Assembly (NCBI GenBank): GCA_964390595.1
Contig: CAYMIA010000003.1
Span: forward strand, 17,727 to 81,726
Direction: 5' to 3'
Source of the DNA: an uncultured Gammaproteobacteria bacterium
GTDB taxonomy: Bacteria; Patescibacteriota; Microgenomatia; Daviesbacterales; UBA10151
Length of the DNA stretch: 64,000 nt
Part shown: piece by piece, positions 41,116 through 50,967 of the stretch
Layout: the number at the start of each line of letters is the position of its first letter
Position numbering within the stretch: the stretch's first letter is position 1
Made by a program: the position numbers and the translations under genes
The notes under the pieces: model-generated
The model's database searches: none
Seen by the model: the letters and a program-made list of their open reading frames with translations, nothing else
What the model was told of the DNA's origin: nothing

Positions 41116-42822
41116 ATGCAACCAAATCAATCTAGCACGCCTTTAAACATCGAAGATGTTCTTCTGGAACAAGGAGTCTTAAAGCCAGATCAAGTTTCAG
41201 CGATTAAATTGGAAAGCATCAATACCGGTCAATTAGCTGAACAGATTATTACTGAGCATAACTTTGCAGCCCCTGAGCAGATTGCTCAAGGTCGGGCTCA
41301 ATTAATTGGCGTCCCTTTTGTCTCTTTGGAAGGAAAAGCGATCTCTCCTGAAGTTTTAAACTTAATCCCTGAGCCTGTTGCCAGCAGGTATAAGCTCATT
41401 GCTTTTGATAGGGACAATGAGGGGGTATCTGTTGCCATGAGTGACCCGCTAGATCTTCAAGTAGTCCAATTTATTGAAAAAAAGACCAATCTTAAAGTTA
41501 AGCGGTTTTTGGGTTTAACTGATCAGATCCAATCAGCGATTAAAAACGAGTACTCTCAAAATTTAACCACCGATGTGGTCTCCGCCCTTAAAGAGGTCAA
41601 TGCTTCTCAAAATCAATCGGCTGAAGTCCAAGATGAAGCTGAAGTTATTAGGGAGGCGCCTGTTGCCAACATCGTTAATCAACTTCTAGAATACGCCATC
41701 AAAACTAAGGCTTCTGATGTGCATATCGAGCCTGAGGAAAAGCAAACCAGGGTTCGCTACCGGATTGATGGAATCTTGCATGAAAAAATTATTTTACCCA
41801 AAAAGGTTCACGATTCAGTCGTTTCCCGGGTTAAAATCATGTCCAATTTAAAAATTGATGAAAGGCGTCTACCTCAAGACGGTCGTTTCAGTTTTCAATT
41901 CGGTAATGAAGAGATTGACCTTCGAATCTCCACTCTGCCGACTGTTTTTGGTGAAAAGGTAGTAATGCGGCTGCTGTCAAAATCCGAAAAACCTCCTACC
42001 CTACCTGAGCTGGGTCTGCGGGCTGGCGCTCTAAAAAATCTCGAACTGCAACTCCTCAGGCCCCACGGGGTGATTATAATTTGTGGACCAACTGGCTCTG
42101 GAAAGACCACCACACTTTACTCCATTCTCTCCCGTCTCTCCACCACCAAGGTTAATATTTTAACAATTGAGGATCCTGTTGAATATCAAATCGTTGGAGC
42201 CAATCAAGTTCAGGTGAACACTCAGATCGGTTTAACATTCGCTTCAGCGCTCAGATCTTTTTTGCGGCAAGATCCGAATATCATTCTGGTTGGAGAGATC
42301 CGAGATACTGAAACAACTGATCTAGCCATTCAGGCCGCCCTAACTGGCCACCAAGTTTTTTCCACACTACACACTAATTCTGCCGCAGGAGCGCTGCCCA
42401 GGTTGATCGATATGGGCGCTGAGCCATTTTTACTATCCTCTGCCATCAATGCAGTTGAAGGGCAACGAATCTTAAGAAAGGTGTGTCCCCATTGCAAATC
42501 CATCTATACTCCTCCTCCAGAAGTTCTGGAAAATTTTAAACAGATTTTAGGAAGTCTCACTCCAACTGGACCAATTCAATTTTACAAAGGCACTGGTTGC
42601 AATGAGTGTGGTCACAGTGGTTATCTAGGCCGGATTGGCATCTACGAGGTTTTAGTCGTCTCAGATAAGATTATGCAGCTGATTTTACGAAGAGCAGCCA
42701 CAGGTGAAATTGAAAAACAAGCTGTTGCGGAAGGCATGATTACCATGAAGCAAGACGGTTATCTCAAAGTAGCTGAGGGTATCACTACCATGGAAGAGGT
42801 GTTACGGGTCGCTCAAGATTAA
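41116..42822 (+). CDS. pilB: Type IV pilus assembly ATPase PilB/GspE
   Basis: ASDVHIEP, RLPQDGR, GPTGSGKTTT, EDPVE, LRQDPNIILVGEIRD, tetracysteine motif. Confidence 0.95.
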   Translation: MQPNQSSTPLNIEDVLLEQGVLKPDQVSAIKLESINTGQLAEQIITEHNFAAPEQIAQGRAQLIGVPFVSLEGKAISPEVLNLIPEPVASRYKLIAFDRDNEGVSVAMSDPLDLQVVQFIEKKTNLKVKRFLGLTDQIQSAIKNEYSQNLTTDVVSALKEVNASQNQSAEVQDEAEVIREAPVANIVNQLLEYAIKTKASDVHIEPEEKQTRVRYRIDGILHEKIILPKKVHDSVVSRVKIMSNLKIDERRLPQDGRFSFQFGNEEIDLRISTLPTVFGEKVVMRLLSKSEKPPTLPELGLRAGALKNLELQLLRPHGVIIICGPTGSGKTTTLYSILSRLSTTKVNILTIEDPVEYQIVGANQVQVNTQIGLTFASALRSFLRQDPNIILVGEIRDTETTDLAIQAALTGHQVFSTLHTNSAAGALPRLIDMGAEPFLLSSAINAVEGQRILRKVCPHCKSIYTPPPEVLENFKQILGSLTPTGPIQFYKGTGCNECGHSGYLGRIGIYEVLVVSDKIMQLILRRAATGEIEKQAVAEGMITMKQDGYLKVAEGITTMEEVLRVAQD

Positions 42823-42823
42823 T

Positions 42824-43903
42824 ATGAATATCTTTCAACTACTTGATTTAGTCATCAACCGAAGCGCCTCGGATCTGCATTTAGTAGTCGGCTATCCTCC
42901 GCAACTTCGGATAAACGGCGAGCTGTTAGCAATCGAGGGATTAAATCCCTTAACCAATGAAGACGCCCAAAATTTAATTGTGCCCCTTTTGAGTGAAACC
43001 CAAAAACAGGTCTTGGATAAAGAGTGGGAGGCCGATTTAGGCTTTGACTTTGAAGGTAAAGGCCGCTTTCGGATCAATATTTATCATGAAAGAGGCCATG
43101 TAGCCGCCGCCCTAAGGCTGATCCCAATCAAGATCCGCAGCTTAGAAGAAACAGGTTTGCCGCCCCAGGTTTCCCGGGTTACCACCCTAAAGCAAGGCTT
43201 GATCTTGGTAACTGGTCCAACTGGTCACGGCAAGTCAACTACTTTAGCCTCAATGATCAACCAAATTAATCACTCCAGAGCATCTAATATCATTACCATC
43301 GAGGATCCGATTGAGTTTATTTACCCCAAAGCCAAATCCTTAATCTCTCAAAGAGAGGTCTCAGGTGATACCCGGACTTGGGGTAATGCTCTCCGGTCAG
43401 CTCTGCGGGAAGATCCAGACGTGGTTTTGGTGGGAGAAATGCGCGATCTAGAGACCATTTCAACTACACTGACTATAGCTGAGACTGGTCACTTGGTTTT
43501 TGCGACTCTTCACACCAATTCTGCATCTCAGACAATTGACCGGATTGTCGATGTGTTTCCTGAAGATCAGCAACAGCAGATCAAGATCCAACTGGCTGGA
43601 GTCATCGAAGCAATCATCTCCCAAAGACTAATCCCGACTATCTCTCCCGGACGGGCGCTAGCTTATGAACTTTTATTCAGTGTCCCAGCCTTGAAATCAC
43701 TGATTAGGGAAGGTAAATCACATCTGATCGATAATCTGATTCAAACTTCAGCAGAGACCGGCATGGTTAGTTTGGAGATGTCACTGGCGCTTCTCGTTAG
43801 AGAAGGAAAAATTACCCAAGAGGTTGCTCAAAACTATTCACTCCGCCCACAAGTGCTTTCTAAAGTCTTGGGAATCTCTCCAACACCAAACCGAGAAACC
43901 TAA
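42824..43903 (+). CDS. pilT: Type IV pilus retraction ATPase PilT
   Basis: ASDLHL, GPTGHGKSTT, ALREDPDVVLVGEMRD, LIREGK. Confidence 0.95.
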   Translation: MNIFQLLDLVINRSASDLHLVVGYPPQLRINGELLAIEGLNPLTNEDAQNLIVPLLSETQKQVLDKEWEADLGFDFEGKGRFRINIYHERGHVAAALRLIPIKIRSLEETGLPPQVSRVTTLKQGLILVTGPTGHGKSTTLASMINQINHSRASNIITIEDPIEFIYPKAKSLISQREVSGDTRTWGNALRSALREDPDVVLVGEMRDLETISTTLTIAETGHLVFATLHTNSASQTIDRIVDVFPEDQQQQIKIQLAGVIEAIISQRLIPTISPGRALAYELLFSVPALKSLIREGKSHLIDNLIQTSAETGMVSLEMSLALLVREGKITQEVAQNYSLRPQVLSKVLGISPTPNRET

Positions 43904-43906
43904 ACT

Positions 43907-45118
43907 ATGTCAGTTTTTACATATAAAGCCAAAGATCTACAAGGAGCCGAACACAAGGGTACTATCGAAACAGTCGACAGCCACCAAGTCGCCAGAATTT
44001 TAATAAAAAAAGGACTAGTAGTTATTTCAATCAAAGAAAAAAAAGAGGGTGAAGGGGCGGGCTTTCTTAAACGTTACTTAAACAGAGTCTCATTTAGCGA
44101 CATCGTTATTATGACCCGCCAGTTGGCCACCATGGTTGAGGCCGGATTGGTCTTGTCCGAGGCACTCGATATCCTCCAGGACCAACAGCCTAATAAGACC
44201 TTCAAGGAGGTTCTGGGAGCAGTTTCCAGAGATATTAAAAGTGGACTAGATCTAGCCTCTTCCCTAAAAAAGCACCCCACAGTTTTCCCGCCACTTTATT
44301 GTAATTTGGTTAAAGCCGGCGAGCAATCTGGAAAACTTGATTCAACTCTCTCCCAGATGGCTGTTAATTTGGAGCGGGACCGGGAATTCCGTTCCAAAAT
44401 TAGATCAGCGATGATCTATCCAGTTATCGTTTTGGTCATGATGGCTGTGGTTATGGCGGTTATGATGTTTTTTGTGATTCCTAGGCTAACCTCTCTGTAT
44501 TCTCAGTCCAGCATCGATTTACCATTACCGACCAAAATTTTGATTGGTACCTCCAACTTTTTTATTCATTTTTGGTGGCTGATGTTAATTTTTGGCGTAG
44601 TTGGCTTTATTGCGTTTAAGAAATGGGTGTCTACTCCAACAGGCCGGTTTACATTTGATTCTTACCTACTTAAAACACCCGTAGTTTCGCGTGTCATTAA
44701 GGGCACCTCGCTGACTAACTTTACTCGGACATTCGGCTTACTGACAACCGCTGGCATCCCAATTTTAGATTCCATCTCAATTGTGGGAGAGGTTATCGGC
44801 AACTCAGTTTACCGGCAAGCCCTAAAAGATTGTTTTCGTGGTGTTGAGCGGGGGTTAACCTTCTCAAGTCAGCTTGAAACAACCGGAGTTTTTCCTAAAA
44901 TAATCTCTCAAATGATCAGAGTGGGCGAAGAAACCGGTAAAGTTGACGAAGTCTCTTATAAGCTGGCCGAATATTTTGAATCAGAGACTGATAGCCTGGT
45001 TAAGAACTTAACAGTTATTATCGAGCCGCTAGTTTTAATGCTGCTCGGTATCGGTGTAGCCTTCCTAGTTCTATCTATCATCCTGCCTATTTATAAGTTG
45101 ACTACTAGCTTTAGCTAG
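43907..45118 (+). CDS. pilC: Type IV pilus platform protein PilC (GspF family)
   Basis: RQLATMVEAG, AGEQSGKLD, AMIYP, LPLPT, GEETG, IEP. Confidence 0.95.
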   Translation: MSVFTYKAKDLQGAEHKGTIETVDSHQVARILIKKGLVVISIKEKKEGEGAGFLKRYLNRVSFSDIVIMTRQLATMVEAGLVLSEALDILQDQQPNKTFKEVLGAVSRDIKSGLDLASSLKKHPTVFPPLYCNLVKAGEQSGKLDSTLSQMAVNLERDREFRSKIRSAMIYPVIVLVMMAVVMAVMMFFVIPRLTSLYSQSSIDLPLPTKILIGTSNFFIHFWWLMLIFGVVGFIAFKKWVSTPTGRFTFDSYLLKTPVVSRVIKGTSLTNFTRTFGLLTTAGIPILDSISIVGEVIGNSVYRQALKDCFRGVERGLTFSSQLETTGVFPKIISQMIRVGEETGKVDEVSYKLAEYFESETDSLVKNLTVIIEPLVLMLLGIGVAFLVLSIILPIYKLTTSFS

Positions 45119-45234
45119 TACACCTTTCAGCAACTTACAGCTTGCAGATAAGCTCACAACTTCTTTTTCTTAAGGCGGTTTTACCACTTGACGGACCAAG
45201 AAGTTTTATGACTACAATAGTTTAAGAAGTCTTT

Positions 45235-45245
45235 AAAGGAGGTGA
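45235..45245 (+). promoter_or_regulatory. Strong Shine-Dalgarno AAAGGAGGTGA before the major pilin
   Basis: Full anti-SD complement 10 nt before the ATG at 45256; the best SD seen in the window. Confidence 0.75.
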
Positions 45246-45255
45246 TTTAGTTAAA

Positions 45256-45810
45256 ATGAGAAAAACTGCTCAAGGTTTCACTTTAGTGGAACTTTTAATC
45301 GTTATAGCAATTATCGCTATCTTAGCAGCAGTAGTGGTCCTTATTGTCAATCCTCTTGAGTTAACTAGACGGGGTCGTGATGCCGCACGTCTTTCTGACT
45401 TTGCTAATTTACAACAGGCTATTAATATCGCTGTTCAAGAAGCAACCAACTCAACTCAATATTTACTTTGTGGTGGAGTTGCAGGTTCTTGTGCTGGTAA
45501 CTCTGTTACAGGCACTAGAAGCTCAGCTGGTACCGGATGGGCCAAAGTTAACCTAGGAACACAAACAAGTGTTTCTGTTCCAACCTTGCCTATTGATCCT
45601 ATCAATACAAATACTGGTGTAGGTAATGGTAACCACTACATTTACTGTTCAGATGGAAGTTCCTGGGAAATGGTTACAATCTTAGAGTCTGTACAACAAA
45701 ATTCTAAGATGTCAAATGATGGTGGATCTGATAATGCGAAGTATGAAGTTGGGTCTAGCCTTGCTTTGCTAGGTACTACAATGCCGGGAAGCGTAGCGTG
45801 TGCTTACTAA
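45256..45810 (+). CDS. Probable major type IV pilin
   Basis: G|FTLVELLIVIAII class III signal; own intergenic leader with a strong SD. Confidence 0.85.
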   Translation: MRKTAQGFTLVELLIVIAIIAILAAVVVLIVNPLELTRRGRDAARLSDFANLQQAINIAVQEATNSTQYLLCGGVAGSCAGNSVTGTRSSAGTGWAKVNLGTQTSVSVPTLPIDPINTNTGVGNGNHYIYCSDGSSWEMVTILESVQQNSKMSNDGGSDNAKYEVGSSLALLGTTMPGSVACAY

Positions 45811-45816
45811 GAGAAA

Positions 45817-46755
45817 ATGGTCTGGTTTTTAATATTAGGTTTTATAGTAGGTACAATTTTAGGAAGTTTAGTTCTCTGTATCGCGAGTAGAGCACTAACA
45901 AAGGAATCGTTTTGGGGGAGGTCGTACTGTGACTTTTGTAAAAAAAAGCTCAGCTGGTACGACCTTTTTCCTATTCTATCGTTTATTTTAAACAGAGGTA
46001 AATGCCGTTATTGCCATAAAAGACTTCCCGTCGAATACATCTTAGTTGAGATTCTCTGCGGCTTAATCATCGCTTATCTATTTTCCACATCAGGTTTGGA
46101 AAAAATTAATTTGGAAAATTTCACCCTCCAAAACTTGAGTCTCCTCCCCAGCCTATTTATTCTATCCGACCTGGCCTTTAAGACCGTCTTTATCGGAGTC
46201 TTAATCGCCACCTTCATTACCGATATAAAAACCGGTCTTATTCCCGATCGGATTACCTATCCCTCAATAGCAATTGCTTTTGTATATGGAATAATTTTGA
46301 CCATCGCTAAAATTGCCTGGGCCTATTATTCGATCGCCCAGTCTTCAATTGGCCAACTCCTTTTGCCTCCCCATTCGGATTATTTTTATAGACATGCCTA
46401 TATCATGGCTACGCCAGAGCTATTTTCCCTTTTGGCAGCGGTCATAGTAACCGTTTTTTTTGCTAGCCTAATCTTTCTTACTAAAGGACGTGGTATGGGT
46501 GGAGGCGATCTGAAATTGGGAATATTTATGGGACTGGTCTTGGGTTTCCCAAATGCTATCTTAGCCATTTTAGCCGCTTTTTTGCTTGGGTCAGTCGTCG
46601 GAGTAATTTTGCTAGCCTTGCAAAGAAAAAGTTTTGGGCAAACTATCCCATTTGGACCCTTCTTAACACTCGGAGGAATTATTGCGCTGTTTTGGGGTGA
46701 TCAAATTATCACTTGGTATGTGCACACCTTTGCTATCACAGGCTCTCTTTTCTAA
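45817..46755 (+). CDS. pilD: Prepilin peptidase
   Basis: RSYCDFC...GKCRYC zinc site, TDIK...IPD, GMGGGDLKL, IPFGPFL. Confidence 0.94.
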   Translation: MVWFLILGFIVGTILGSLVLCIASRALTKESFWGRSYCDFCKKKLSWYDLFPILSFILNRGKCRYCHKRLPVEYILVEILCGLIIAYLFSTSGLEKINLENFTLQNLSLLPSLFILSDLAFKTVFIGVLIATFITDIKTGLIPDRITYPSIAIAFVYGIILTIAKIAWAYYSIAQSSIGQLLLPPHSDYFYRHAYIMATPELFSLLAAVIVTVFFASLIFLTKGRGMGGGDLKLGIFMGLVLGFPNAILAILAAFLLGSVVGVILLALQRKSFGQTIPFGPFLTLGGIIALFWGDQIITWYVHTFAITGSLF

Positions 46756-46794
46756 AACTTGTCTTTTTTTAAGAAAGCTCGTAAAGTTAGATTA

Positions 46795-47256
46795 ATGCCC
46801 AGAGAAAAAATTCCAAATTCCAAATTCCAAATTCCAAATGAAAGAGCTTTTACTCTGGTTGAACTGCTGGTAGCGATTGTTATTATCGGGATTGTTTTTG
46901 GAGTAGTCATCACATCCAATTCAGCAATTCAAAGAGGTGCCAGAGATGCTAAGCGCCAATCTGATTTGAGAACGATTCAAGGTGCACTTGAACAATACCA
47001 TTCTGATACCAGCTTCTATCCTGATACCTTGGCGCAGATAGCTAGCCCAACAGCCTATTTAGCTCCCATCCCTTCTGCTCCAACTCCTGGCAATAATTAT
47101 TCCTATGCTCCTCTACCAGCTACCCCAACTCAATGTACTGGTAACTGTACCAGGTATTGCCTAAACGCTCAGCTAGAAAATACACCCAATCCAGTCTATT
47201 CTGGGACATGCTCCCCACTACCAGCCCCCTACAACTTCGCAGTTACATCTCCATAA
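46795..47256 (+). CDS. Type IV pilin / GspG-like pseudopilin
   Basis: A|FTLVELLV, RDAKRQSDL...ALEQY; probable ATG at 46795; leader contains a heptamer repeat. Confidence 0.85.
   Translation: MPREKIPNSKFQIPNERAFTLVELLVAIVIIGIVFGVVITSNSAIQRGARDAKRQSDLRTIQGALEQYHSDTSFYPDTLAQIASPTAYLAPIPSAPTPGNNYSYAPLPATPTQCTGNCTRYCLNAQLENTPNPVYSGTCSPLPAPYNFAVTSP
46808..46839 (+). repeat. (AAATTCC)x4.6 heptamer tandem repeat in a pilin leader
   Basis: Perfect repeat read directly. Confidence 0.85.
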
Positions 47257-47297
47257 ATTGCTTGTTCAAAGCTTAAAAATATGCTACGTTTAAGGTA

Positions 47298-47867
47298 ATG
47301 TCCGAAGCTAGTTTCACTTTAATGAGCAAAGCTCTTAAAGGAGATCGAGGTTTCACTTTAATTGAGATATTGGTTGCCATCGCCATTATTTCTATTGTCA
47401 CAGTGACCGTGGTCCCCAATTTAAGAAAGTTCAACTCTGATCAGGAGCTCTCCAATGATACCAATAAATTAATTCAAACTTTAAGGCAAGCTCAATCAAA
47501 CGCCCAATCCGGGCTTAAATGCCTTAGATCGCCCACAGCAACTGCTTCAGCTAATTGGATGGTTGGAGCGACTAATTCGGCGACCTTCTATATTCAACCC
47601 ACATGTAATGATGCTAACTTGGGCTTGGTTGCTCCAGCTATTGAAAAAACGACTTACACGCTGACAAATACCAGAATTACAGTCAATTCAACAGGTGTTG
47701 GAACCTGCTTATTGTCTCAACCGCAAGTGACATTTACTAAAAACATTGCCGCCATTACTAACGGTTGCCAATCTAACCCGCTATTTACCCTGACTCATCT
47801 AGTAACTAACAACACTAAATCGGTTTCAGTTGATCCCGGAGGAGCGATCTATGAAAAAACCAACTAA
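47298..47867 (+). CDS. Minor pilin (FimU/GspH-like)
   Basis: G|FTLIEILV; L...LRQAQSNA. Confidence 0.85.
   Translation: MSEASFTLMSKALKGDRGFTLIEILVAIAIISIVTVTVVPNLRKFNSDQELSNDTNKLIQTLRQAQSNAQSGLKCLRSPTATASANWMVGATNSATFYIQPTCNDANLGLVAPAIEKTTYTLTNTRITVNSTGVGTCLLSQPQVTFTKNIAAITNGCQSNPLFTLTHLVTNNTKSVSVDPGGAIYEKTN
47311..47366 (+). repeat. Hairpin-containing leader element (copy 1), shared with 50367-50421
   Basis: CTTTAA(T)GAGC-AAA-GCTCTTAAAG stem-loop; direct repeat GTTTCACTTTAAT at 47311 and 47350. Confidence 0.75.
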
Positions 47868-48381
47868 CGAATTAGGCCAATCACTCTTAGAAATTACCAT
47901 CACCATTGGCATCGCAGCTCTAATAATTACCGCCTTAGTCATAACCACGCTTGTCGGATTGAAAAATAGTCAATTAGCTCAAAAACAGTCTCAAGCGACC
48001 AAGTTAGCCCAGGAAGGTATCGAGCGACTCCGGGCGCTCAAAAACAACAACATTTCAATTACCGCTGGCGGCACTACTTATTATTGGTACGGCTCTCAAG
48101 GCACCACCATTTGGTCTCAAAATATTTTTTCTGGTGGTGCTTGTCAGTACTGTTATTGGAAGTTTAATTCTACCTGTCAAACTGATTTAAATAATTGTTT
48201 GGTGGCCTCAAGTGCTGCCGATAAAACTAGCTTAGAGTCAATCGGCAGTGGCTTCTTCCGCCAAATTAAGATTGAGGATGAAAATACCATCGATCAGAAA
48301 AAAATTACCAGCACAGTTAGTTGGACCGATTCAGCTGGAGCACATAAATCGCAACTTGTGACCTATTTAACGAATTATTAA
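47851..48381 (+). CDS. Minor pilin (PilV-like)
   Basis: G|QSLLEI, ATKLAQEGIERLR, V.W; ATG at 47851 after GGAGGAG. Confidence 0.85.
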   Translation: MKKPTNELGQSLLEITITIGIAALIITALVITTLVGLKNSQLAQKQSQATKLAQEGIERLRALKNNNISITAGGTTYYWYGSQGTTIWSQNIFSGGACQYCYWKFNSTCQTDLNNCLVASSAADKTSLESIGSGFFRQIKIEDENTIDQKKITSTVSWTDSAGAHKSQLVTYLTNY

Positions 48382-48382
48382 T

Positions 48383-49012
48383 ATGAACCAGAAAGGCTTC
48401 ACTCTAGCTGAAGTATTAGTCGCCCTAAGTATAATTGGGGTAATTGGCGTTATTTTAGTATCTTTTTTAACTCAAACCTTTCGCGGTTCAAGCAAAACTC
48501 AGCTAATTGGAGTAATTAAGCAAAACGGTCAATCCGCTTTAAATATTATCGATCAAGCCAGCCGTTTCGCAACTGGTGTTACCTGCACCGATGATCCCAC
48601 CTTCAATAACGCCCATCTGCTCGCGGTTCACAATCAAGATGGCACTTATACCAGATTTAGGATTTGTAACAAAACAGATGCCACATGCAACGGTTCATTC
48701 CCCAATGGCTATATATCTCAAGACACTAATTCACTACCAAGTAGCTATACCGAATCGCAATTTTGCAACCCAGTTCCCAATCCAGATATCGTGTTTAACG
48801 CTACCAACTCTTCAAAGCTAACTGATACTGATCCTAAAACAGGGGTAGCAGTGACCAACGGCTACTTTAAGGTCATCAAAAATTCAGGCAACCATGATGT
48901 TGTCAATATTTATTTTCAATTAGGTCCCGCTTCAGGAACTGGGCTCGGATTCGAAAACCAGCTTGGTTCAACCAACAGTGCAACATTTCAAACATCCGTC
49001 GTGCTAAGATAA
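48383..49012 (+). CDS. Minor pilin (PilW-like)
   Basis: G|FTLAEVLV; ends FQTSVVLR. Confidence 0.85.
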   Translation: MNQKGFTLAEVLVALSIIGVIGVILVSFLTQTFRGSSKTQLIGVIKQNGQSALNIIDQASRFATGVTCTDDPTFNNAHLLAVHNQDGTYTRFRICNKTDATCNGSFPNGYISQDTNSLPSSYTESQFCNPVPNPDIVFNATNSSKLTDTDPKTGVAVTNGYFKVIKNSGNHDVVNIYFQLGPASGTGLGFENQLGSTNSATFQTSVVLR

Positions 49013-49022
49013 TTATAGATCG

Positions 49023-49937
49023 ATGACAAATACCAAATACCAAATACCAAATACCAAATACCAGCATGGGCAGGTTGTGATTTTATTGCTTCTTGTCATG
49101 CTAGTTGCGCTGACCATCGGGTTAACTATCACCCAGCGCTCGCTTTCTGATGTCTCGATCTCTAGCAAAACTGAACAATCTTCCCGGGCCTTCTCAGCAG
49201 CTGAGGCTGGTATTGAAAAGGCGTTACTAAATCAAACAGCGACAAACTCCGCTGATATTGGTAACCAATCTGGCTACACAGTCACAGTCGCCAGTAATCT
49301 ACCGAGCACTGGCCAGGCCCTAGAATACCCCAAACTGAGCAAAGACAGTATCGAGCAATACTGGTTAATTGATCCAAATATGGCCCTTTCCGCACTTAAC
49401 CTACCGGCCACTACTAATCCAAGTGGTTATGACGGCGGAACCATTGATATCTACTATGAGGATCCAGCTACACCTGTGGGCGACCTAGTGGCTTTGGAAG
49501 TGAATTTAATTACTAAGGACAACACCGGTCTATACAAAAAATACCAGTATCTCTATGACGAAGATGGCGGCCGTCGAACCAACAATAACTTCATTGCACC
49601 TACAGCGTGTAGCACGTTTACAATTAATACACTCTATTCCCCTACAATCAGCACATTAGACAGAACCTTTAAGTGTAAAATTACTGGCTTCAATATTAAA
49701 CCGAGCTCTGAGACATCAATTGCTTTAAGAATTAGGCTGCTCTACTCCTCAACTTCCCAACCTGTCGCAGTGGCTCCAGCTGCCACCAAATCGCTTCCTC
49801 CTCAAGTTTCGCTGTTTACCTCAGTTGGAACCGCTGGCCAAACTCAAAAAACCGTTCAAGTGTTTAAACATGTCAAAGACGTCCCTTTCTTCTTTGACTA
49901 TGCGATCTACTCAGTTTCTCAAATTAATAAGCTCTAA
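49023..49937 (+). CDS. PilX-like minor pilin
   Basis: G|QVVILL (no Glu5), RAFSAAEAGIEKAL. Confidence 0.85.
   Translation: MTNTKYQIPNTKYQHGQVVILLLLVMLVALTIGLTITQRSLSDVSISSKTEQSSRAFSAAEAGIEKALLNQTATNSADIGNQSGYTVTVASNLPSTGQALEYPKLSKDSIEQYWLIDPNMALSALNLPATTNPSGYDGGTIDIYYEDPATPVGDLVALEVNLITKDNTGLYKKYQYLYDEDGGRRTNNNFIAPTACSTFTINTLYSPTISTLDRTFKCKITGFNIKPSSETSIALRIRLLYSSTSQPVAVAPAATKSLPPQVSLFTSVGTAGQTQKTVQVFKHVKDVPFFFDYAIYSVSQINKL
49027..49063 (+). repeat. (CAAATAC)x5 heptamer tandem repeat in the PilX leader
   Basis: Perfect repeat right after the ATG. Confidence 0.88.
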
Positions 49938-49939
49938 AA

Positions 49940-50353
49940 ATGGATAAAAGAATTTTTTTGAATCAGAGAGGACTTTCCCTGGCCGAGGTCCTACTGGTTA
50001 TTCTGCTAATCGGTTTTATCGTTCCAGTTATTTACAACATACCTAATTCAATCCGGCTAGTTGGTAGTAGCAATAAAACTTCTTTGGCCAAAGAGATCGC
50101 TTCCAAAGCGGTCGAAGACGCCCGGATTTTAACCTATGACAATTTAGCCCTCGGGCAATCAACTATTAATGATCCCCGCATCTCCAAGCTTCCTTCAGGA
50201 GCCGGATCTCTAAATGTGACCACCTGCTCTGCCCCAGTTTGCACCAACAATGAAGAAACCAAAAATATCTCTGTGACTATAAATTGGGATGAAAACGGAG
50301 CACCCAAGTCTTTTAAGTTAACCACACTAGTTTCATCTGGAGGTTTAAGATGA
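49940..50353 (+). CDS. Minor pilin (PilV-like, second set)
   Basis: G|LSLAEVLL; A..IA...VE..R; VTINW. Confidence 0.85.
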   Translation: MDKRIFLNQRGLSLAEVLLVILLIGFIVPVIYNIPNSIRLVGSSNKTSLAKEIASKAVEDARILTYDNLALGQSTINDPRISKLPSGAGSLNVTTCSAPVCTNNEETKNISVTINWDENGAPKSFKLTTLVSSGGLR

Positions 50354-50967
50354 AGCCAAAAAATGATTTCACCTTAATGAGCAAAGCTCTTAAAGGAAAC
50401 GGAGGTTTCACTTTAATCGAGGTCCTCTTGGTTGGAGTGATCGGTTCTGTAGTAGGTATATTACTGATATCAATTTTAGTTCAAAACAATGGTTTGTTTT
50501 CTACACATAGCGCCCAAGTCGCCCAGGGCGTCGGATTAAATGACATTATCAGCGAAGTTTCCAGCTCGATTAAAACAGCCTCTTCAGTCGCCCCCAGTTA
50601 TCCATCTACAAACCCAACTTATATTAGTTCTACCAATACGCTTGTTCTGTCGATTCCTTCAATTGATGCGTCAGGCAACCCCGTTGACAACACTCTAGAT
50701 TTCCTAGTTTTTACCTCCGATAACCAAAATCAAAAGATTCTAAGAGAGCTACTTTTCCCCGATCTAAGCAGCTCCCGTAAATCTATGAATAAAGTTTTGG
50801 CAACAACCCTATCTTCAATCAATTTCTCTTATTCAGATTTAAATGGCAATCCGGTTTCTCCAAGCGTAGCCAGTAAGATCAGCTACACCGTTAACCTCTC
50901 TACCAAAGCAGGTTACGGCACAGAGGAAGCTAGTGCTAGTTCGCAGGCCATCTTAAGAAACAATTAA
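50350..50967 (+). CDS. Minor pilin (PilW-like, second set)
   Basis: G|FTLIEVLL; ends LRNN. Confidence 0.85.
   Translation: MKPKNDFTLMSKALKGNGGFTLIEVLLVGVIGSVVGILLISILVQNNGLFSTHSAQVAQGVGLNDIISEVSSSIKTASSVAPSYPSTNPTYISSTNTLVLSIPSIDASGNPVDNTLDFLVFTSDNQNQKILRELLFPDLSSSRKSMNKVLATTLSSINFSYSDLNGNPVSPSVASKISYTVNLSTKAGYGTEEASASSQAILRNN
50367..50421 (+). repeat. Hairpin-containing leader element (copy 2)
   Basis: TTTCACCTTAATGAGCAAAGCTCTTAAAGGAAACGGAGGTTTCACTTTAATCGAG, near-identical to 47312-47366. Confidence 0.75.
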
